A DNA stretch of 64,000 nucleotides from Candidatus Omnitrophota bacterium (lineage in GTDB: Bacteria > Omnitrophota > Gorgyraeia > Gygaellales > Profunditerraquicolaceae), in the NCBI GenBank assembly GCA_025453445.1, contig JALOQJ010000005.1, positions 136-64,135 on the forward strand, in the 5' to 3' direction. Each line of letters opens with the position of its first letter. The stretch's first letter is position 1. This document shows positions 58,647 to 64,000 of this stretch, piece by piece. The position numbers and the translations under genes were made by a program. Under the pieces are notes generated by a model, which saw only the letters and a list, made by a program, of their open reading frames with translations, was not told the DNA's origin and did not search any database.

Positions 58647-60728
58647 ATGCAAGAAGGTATTCTAAAAGCTAAATTCGGTGATAATGATTTGATCCTGCAG
58701 ACCGGTAAAATTGCCAAACAAGCAGGTGGTTCTGTTACTGTGCAGTGTGGCGGAACCGTAGTATTGGTAACTGCTTGTATGTCTAAAGGAGTCAAGGAGG
58801 GGCGGGATTTTTTTCCTCTTACCGTAGAATACCAGGAGAAAACCTATGCCGCAGGCAGGATTCCCGGAGGGTTTTTTAAAAGAGAAGGCAGGCCCTCAGA
58901 AAGCGAAATCTTGACTGCGCGTTTGATTGACCGGCCGATCCGGCCGCTTTTCCCTGAAGGACTGTTTAATGAAGTACAGGTAATGGGAATGGTCTTATCC
59001 AGCGACGGAGCAATTGACCCTGATGTTTTAGCTGTTAATGGCGCTTCCGTGGCTTTATTAATTTCTGATATTCCTTTCAGCGGGCCTTTAGCCTGCTGCC
59101 GTGTGGCGCGGCTTAATCAACAATTTATCCTGAATCCTACTTATGCGCAATTAGAGAAAGCTGATTTAGAGGTAGTGCTTGCCGCAAACAGTGAAGGCGT
59201 GGTCATGCTTGAATCTAAGGCGCAGGAAGTATCCGAAGAAATATTCCTTGAGGCGGTAAAATTCGCTTTTGAAAGTTTACAGCCGATTATCCACTTGCAG
59301 AAAGAATTTGCCAAATTATACGGCAGGCCTAAGGCAAAAATTGAATATAGAAAAATTGACCCGGCTTTGCAAAAGAAGGTTGAAGAATTAGCGCAAAGTA
59401 AATTAAAAGAAGTTTATGCTTTGTCCAGAAAAGAAGAACGCGAAGAAGCAGTAGATTTATTAGCCAAAGAGCTGGAAGCTACGCTTACTCAGGAAGGCTA
59501 TCTTGCTGCGGATATAAAAGTTGCATTACATGAGGTAGAAAAAGACGAAGTAAGAAGGAAAATTTTACATCAGAATGTACGTATAGACGGCCGCGCATTT
59601 AATGAAATCAGGCCGATTACCTGTGAAGTTTCCGTGCTTCCGCGCACACATGGCTCAAGCTTATTTACCCGTGGCCAGACCCAGAGTTTAGCTATAACTA
59701 CTCTTGGTACCGGCGAAGATGAGCAGATGATTGAGGCGTTGGAAGGTGAGAAATATAAATCTTTTATGCTGCATTACAGCTTTCCGCCTTTTAGCGTGGG
59801 AGAGACTGGGCCGGTACGCGGCCCGGGCCGCCGTGAAATCGGGCATGGCGCTTTGGCAGAAAAAGCGCTGCTTGCGGTAATGCCTTCAAAAGAAAAATTT
59901 CCTTATACGGTCAGAGTGGTCTCGGAAATTTTAGAGTCCAACGGTTCATCGAGCATGGCTACTGTGTGTGCTGCGACTCTATCATTAATGGATGCCGGTG
60001 TTCCGATAAAAGATACAGTTAGTGGTATTGCTTTAGGTTTGATTAAGGAAGGCGATAAAGCGGTAATTCTGACTGATATCGCAGGTTTAGAGGATCATTT
60101 TGGCGATATGGATTTTAAGGTTGCAGGGACAAAAACAGGCGTTACTGCTGTACAATTAGATTTAAAGATTCAGGGAATTGATTTAAATTTACTGCAAAAA
60201 TGCCTTGCGCAGGCAAAAGAAGCGCGTTTCATTATTTTAGAAAAAATGCAGGCTGTGCTCGTGGCGCCGCGGCAGGAATTGTCCGCATATGCGCCGCGCA
60301 TTGATGTCATAAAAGTGAATCCTGAAAAAATCGGCGAGTTAATTGGGCCGGGCGGCAAGACAATCAAGGCAATTATTGCTGCTACCGGAGCCAGTATTGA
60401 TATCCAGGACGACGGGACAGTTTTAGTCGGATCTACTGATGCTGTGAAGTCAGGGGATGCGATTAAGATGATCAAGGCGATTACAGATGAGGTTGAAGTC
60501 GGCCGGGTTTATCTGGCTAAGGTTAAACGGATTATGCCGTTCGGCGCTTTCTGTGAAATTGCCCCGCGCAAAGAAGGACTGGTGCATGTTTCTGAATTGG
60601 CAGGCCATTTTGTCAAAAGTGTCGAAGAAGTTGTCAAGATAGGCGATGAAATCAGGGTCAAGGTTATCGGCGTTGACGAAATGGGCCGGATTAACTTAAG
60701 CAAGAAGCAAGCCGAAGAAAAAGCTTAA
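58647..60728 (+). CDS. pnp: Polyribonucleotide nucleotidyltransferase
   Basis: Two RNase PH domains, KH and S1 domains. It follows rpsO. Confidence 0.95.
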   Translation: MQEGILKAKFGDNDLILQTGKIAKQAGGSVTVQCGGTVVLVTACMSKGVKEGRDFFPLTVEYQEKTYAAGRIPGGFFKREGRPSESEILTARLIDRPIRPLFPEGLFNEVQVMGMVLSSDGAIDPDVLAVNGASVALLISDIPFSGPLACCRVARLNQQFILNPTYAQLEKADLEVVLAANSEGVVMLESKAQEVSEEIFLEAVKFAFESLQPIIHLQKEFAKLYGRPKAKIEYRKIDPALQKKVEELAQSKLKEVYALSRKEEREEAVDLLAKELEATLTQEGYLAADIKVALHEVEKDEVRRKILHQNVRIDGRAFNEIRPITCEVSVLPRTHGSSLFTRGQTQSLAITTLGTGEDEQMIEALEGEKYKSFMLHYSFPPFSVGETGPVRGPGRREIGHGALAEKALLAVMPSKEKFPYTVRVVSEILESNGSSSMATVCAATLSLMDAGVPIKDTVSGIALGLIKEGDKAVILTDIAGLEDHFGDMDFKVAGTKTGVTAVQLDLKIQGIDLNLLQKCLAQAKEARFIILEKMQAVLVAPRQELSAYAPRIDVIKVNPEKIGELIGPGGKTIKAIIAATGASIDIQDDGTVLVGSTDAVKSGDAIKMIKAITDEVEVGRVYLAKVKRIMPFGAFCEIAPRKEGLVHVSELAGHFVKSVEEVVKIGDEIRVKVIGVDEMGRINLSKKQAEEKA

Positions 60729-60731
60729 AAA

Positions 60732-62897
60732 GTGAGAGAAAGAAGATTAAATGAAATCAAGGGCCTGATCCTGATTGCAGCGGCACTGATTGTGCTGGCA
60801 AGCCTGATTTCATTTACACCTTTCGACCTTTCCCTTTATACCTCTCATCCAAATTTTCCTCCTAAAAATCTTATCAGAAGTTTCGGGGCTTATTTAGCCG
60901 GTGCAATTTTATTTCTTTTCGGATGGGCAGGCTACCTTATTCCGGTGTTTATTCTATTTTTCGGAGTAATGCTCTTCAGGCAGGAGCTGCCTGATTTGCG
61001 GCTTCCGAAAATCTTAGGCTTTTTAGTCCTCTTGTTATCAATTAGTTCCCTTGTAAGTATATCCGGGGTAAATAATGAGGCCATCCGTTTTTCACACGGC
61101 GGTTTCTTAGGGTTTAGCCTTTCGCGTTTCATAGTAAATTATTTCGGCACACTCGGCGCCTACATTATATTTATCACTCTTAGCCTCCTGGCACTTGCTT
61201 TGACTACCGAAGTTTTAATTTCAGCTTTCCTGAAAAAAGCAGTAAACAAATCAAGGTCTTTAGCCGATGGATTCTTTAGTTTAAAAACTAAAATTAAAAT
61301 CAAACCCATTACGCTTAAGCCTTTGAGGCCGGTTAATAAGCCGAAGATTAGCGCAAACGAAATAAACATAAAAGAAGATGCCTCTAAGCTTTCGTTGGTG
61401 TCAAAACCGAAAATTCAGATTAAAGAAAAGCCTGAAACAGCGCAAATAAAAACACGTCCGCAAGAGTTAAAAATCGGGGATTATGTTTTACCGGGACTGG
61501 ATCTTTTGGATGTTCCTCCGCCTGTAGAAGCCCGGCAAATTAAAGAGGATCTTGAGGCAAACGCGCGTATTCTAGAGGATACGCTTGCGGATTTCGGGAT
61601 TACGGTTAAGGTTACTGATATTGAACGCGGGCCGGTGATTACCCGTTATGAACTTGAGCCTGCGCCGGGGGTAAAATTAAACCGCATCGTCGCCTTAAAC
61701 GACGATATTTCACTGGCAATGAAAGCGCCTTCAGTAAGGATTGTTGCTCCTATCCCGGGAAAGGCAAGAGTTGGCGTAGAAGTCCCTAATTCGCAGAGTA
61801 ATTTTGTTTATCTAAAAGAGGTTTTTGTTTCCAAGGAATTTCAGGAGTCAGATTATAAAATTCCGCTTGTGCTAGGCAAGGATATTTCCGGGCATCCGGT
61901 GATTACAGACTTAGGGGATATGCCGCATCTTTTAATTGCCGGCACTACTGGTTCTGGAAAAACTGTCTGCGTAAACTGTTTGATTTTATCCATGCTTTTT
62001 AAGTCCTCTCCTAATGAAGTAAAATTTGTTATGGTTGATCCGAAAATGGTGGAATTAGCGCCTTTTAACGGCCTGCCGCATCTTCTTTGTCCTGTAGTGA
62101 CTGATGCCAAGAAAGCAGCAGTGGCTTTGCAATGGATTGTTAGTGAAATGGAAGATCGTTATCAGCTTTTAGCAGGTATCGGCGCAAGAAATATAGAATC
62201 CTATAACGAAAAATCCGAACAGAAAATGCCTTATATCGTCGTGCTTATCGATGAATTGGCGGATTTAATGATTGTCTCACGCGATCTGATTGAAAATGCG
62301 ATTACGCGCCTGGCGCAGCTTTCTCGCGCAGTAGGGATTCACTTAGTCTTGGCAACTCAACGGCCTTCTGTTGATGTTATCACTGGCGTAATTAAAGCAA
62401 ATTTTCCTGCCCGGATTTCTTTTAAGGTTGCTTCCAAAGTAGATTCCCGCACTGTCCTTGATATGAACGGAGCAGATAAATTATTAGGTAAAGGCGATAT
62501 GTTATTTTTGCAGCCGGGTGAAGAAAAATTAATCCGCGCGCAAGGGTCGTTAATCACCGATAAAGAAATAGAGCGCGTAGTGGATTTTGTCAGGCAGCAG
62601 GCACAACCGATTTACAACGAAGAGATATTAAAAGAACAGCAGAAAAGCCATTTTGGCAACGGAGAGAAAGACGAGCTCTATGATGAAGCCGTAAGGATTG
62701 TCATGGAGGCTAATCAGGCATCTGCCTCGATATTGCAGCGCCGCCTGCGTTTAGGTTATACCCGCGCTGCCCGCATTATCGATACAATGGAAGTAGACGG
62801 TATGGTCGGGCCCTTTGAAGGCAGTAAGCCGCGCAGGATTTTAATTGACCGCGAGGCATGGCTAAAAAAAGATTTACTAGAGAAAGAAGATAAATAA
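60732..62897 (+). CDS. ftsK: DNA translocase FtsK
   Basis: N-terminal TM domain, Walker A GTTGSGKT, and a C-terminal gamma domain. Confidence 0.9.
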   Translation: MRERRLNEIKGLILIAAALIVLASLISFTPFDLSLYTSHPNFPPKNLIRSFGAYLAGAILFLFGWAGYLIPVFILFFGVMLFRQELPDLRLPKILGFLVLLLSISSLVSISGVNNEAIRFSHGGFLGFSLSRFIVNYFGTLGAYIIFITLSLLALALTTEVLISAFLKKAVNKSRSLADGFFSLKTKIKIKPITLKPLRPVNKPKISANEINIKEDASKLSLVSKPKIQIKEKPETAQIKTRPQELKIGDYVLPGLDLLDVPPPVEARQIKEDLEANARILEDTLADFGITVKVTDIERGPVITRYELEPAPGVKLNRIVALNDDISLAMKAPSVRIVAPIPGKARVGVEVPNSQSNFVYLKEVFVSKEFQESDYKIPLVLGKDISGHPVITDLGDMPHLLIAGTTGSGKTVCVNCLILSMLFKSSPNEVKFVMVDPKMVELAPFNGLPHLLCPVVTDAKKAAVALQWIVSEMEDRYQLLAGIGARNIESYNEKSEQKMPYIVVLIDELADLMIVSRDLIENAITRLAQLSRAVGIHLVLATQRPSVDVITGVIKANFPARISFKVASKVDSRTVLDMNGADKLLGKGDMLFLQPGEEKLIRAQGSLITDKEIERVVDFVRQQAQPIYNEEILKEQQKSHFGNGEKDELYDEAVRIVMEANQASASILQRRLRLGYTRAARIIDTMEVDGMVGPFEGSKPRRILIDREAWLKKDLLEKEDK

Positions 62898-63622
62898 TGA
62901 CAAAAGAGACAGTAGGCGCAAGGCTGAAAAAATTACGCCTGGAAAAGGGCTTTAGCCTGGAAGAGGTGCAGAAAAAGACAAAGATTCATCCTAGTATCCT
63001 TAAAGCAATCGAGGAAGACAGCCTGATAAATTTAAATCCGGTATACGTAAAAGGTTTTTTAAAAATTTATTGCCGTCTGCTCGGTGCTGATCCGCGTAAT
63101 ATCATCCCTGACTACAGAGAAATCAAAACTGAGGTTCAGTTAAAGCCTAAGGCAGCAGTAGGAAAGGTGGCTCGTTTTTCTCTGCCGCGGATTAACTTAA
63201 AAATAGTTTTTATCATACTTGGCGCTATAATGGCTGTTTTTTTAACAGTTGGCCTGATAAAGTTGATTGCGCACCAGCTGAAAAATAAAGTACCCGTGCC
63301 TATAGCCAGAAAAACCCAGGTATCTTCAGAAATATTTTCTAAGGCTCGGGCTCCGTCTTCTTCAGGCATTAGGCTGGGCATCCGCGCCAAAGATAAGTGT
63401 TATGTCAGTTTAAAAGTTGACGGCAGGACTGTCTTCCAGGGAGAATTAAAAAAGGGAAGATTTGAGAGCTGGCAGGCAAAAGATAAAATTGAATTTGCTT
63501 TAGGCAATGCCGGAGTTGTAGATTTGGAAGTAAACGGTAAATTAATTTCTAATCTTGGTAAAAAAGGCCAGGCTCTTAGAAATGTTGTTGTTACCAGAGA
63601 CGGCTTAAGCATTAAGAAATGA
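62897..63622 (+). CDS. rodZ: RodZ-like protein (XRE-type HTH plus TM plus DUF4115)
   Basis: N-terminal HTH (LRLEKGFSLEEV), one central TM helix, and a C-terminal beta-rich domain. Confidence 0.7.
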   Translation: MTKETVGARLKKLRLEKGFSLEEVQKKTKIHPSILKAIEEDSLINLNPVYVKGFLKIYCRLLGADPRNIIPDYREIKTEVQLKPKAAVGKVARFSLPRINLKIVFIILGAIMAVFLTVGLIKLIAHQLKNKVPVPIARKTQVSSEIFSKARAPSSSGIRLGIRAKDKCYVSLKVDGRTVFQGELKKGRFESWQAKDKIEFALGNAGVVDLEVNGKLISNLGKKGQALRNVVVTRDGLSIKK

Positions 63623-64000
63623 ACCCAGCCCTTCCTAAAAATGGTAATTTAACAAGCGATGTGAGGAAGGGCGGGGTAAAAAAAGCCGGTATTTTAAGTT
63701 TGGGTTGCCCGCGCAACCTGACAGATTCAGAACATCTTTTAGGTAAGCTTAAGAAAAGCGGCTACTCTATTGTAGATATTGCCGAGGCAGAGGTAGCTTT
63801 TGTGAATACCTGTGCTTTTATTGAAGATGCCAAGGCTGAATCGATTGAAGCGCTCCTTGATTTAATTGAGCTGAAAAAAGAAGGAAAGCTCAAAAAAATA
63901 ATTGCCTGCGGTTGCCTTGTGCAGCGCTATAAGGACGTTTTAGAAAAAGAATTTCCCGAGATCGATGTTTTTACCGGGACATTTGCTTTCGAGCATTCTT
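63619..64000 (+). CDS. rimO: Methylthiotransferase RimO/MiaB family, N-terminal part (continues beyond the window)
   Basis: The MTTase N-domain reads ILSLGCPRNLTDSEHLLGKL. ATGA overlap with the rodZ stop. Confidence 0.7.
   Translation, partial: MNPALPKNGNLTSDVRKGGVKKAGILSLGCPRNLTDSEHLLGKLKKSGYSIVDIAEAEVAFVNTCAFIEDAKAESIEALLDLIELKKEGKLKKIIACGCLVQRYKDVLEKEFPEIDVFTGTFAFEHS

Overview
This 64-kb window comes from an AT-rich bacterial chromosome, probably an uncultivated anaerobe, and is dominated by one long co-directional array of housekeeping genes on the + strand. It runs from a partial uppS through cdsA-dxr-rseP-ispG, proS-rimP-nusA-infB-trpS-scpA-ruvB, a queuosine cluster (queH-queA-tgt), trmD-rplS-rnhB, C1/Wood-Ljungdahl genes (a cyclohydrolase-family protein, folD, metF, acsB), polA, glgA, coaE, rho, rpmE-prfA-prmC, murA, trpGDCFBA, argS, recJ, a UvrD/AddA-like helicase-nuclease, rpsO-pnp, ftsK and rodZ, ending in a partial rimO. 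Only rpmB is on the - strand. I found no rRNA, tRNA or CRISPR. Four things are not ordinary housekeeping. (1) Two related families of GC-rich, roughly 230-270-nt structured repeats occupy the gaps between ruvB and queH and between folD and metF. Their hairpins are kept by compensatory substitutions between copies, and they share a 21-nt terminal motif (AAAACACAGACAAGACACACG). A 40-bp perfect palindrome sits beside the first cluster. These are candidates for an undescribed structured RNA or MITE-like element. (2) A roughly 2.5-kb repeat-bracketed island splits the C1-metabolism cluster between folD and metF. It carries a zeta-toxin-like P-loop kinase, a 50-aa downstream partner ORF, a DUF486 membrane protein, and a very AT-rich gene for a membrane-anchored protein that looks foreign. 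(3) A 364-aa intein interrupts helicase motif III of the UvrD-like helicase-nuclease. (4) A second repeat family of about 160-175 nt, built from three hairpins, flanks recJ-rpmB. Smaller observations: ProS has a Zn-ribbon where the INS editing domain normally sits, a CpaF-like ATPase stands alone among housekeeping genes, the IF2 N-terminus is a tandem repeat array, and two small protein genes are missing from the ORF table.
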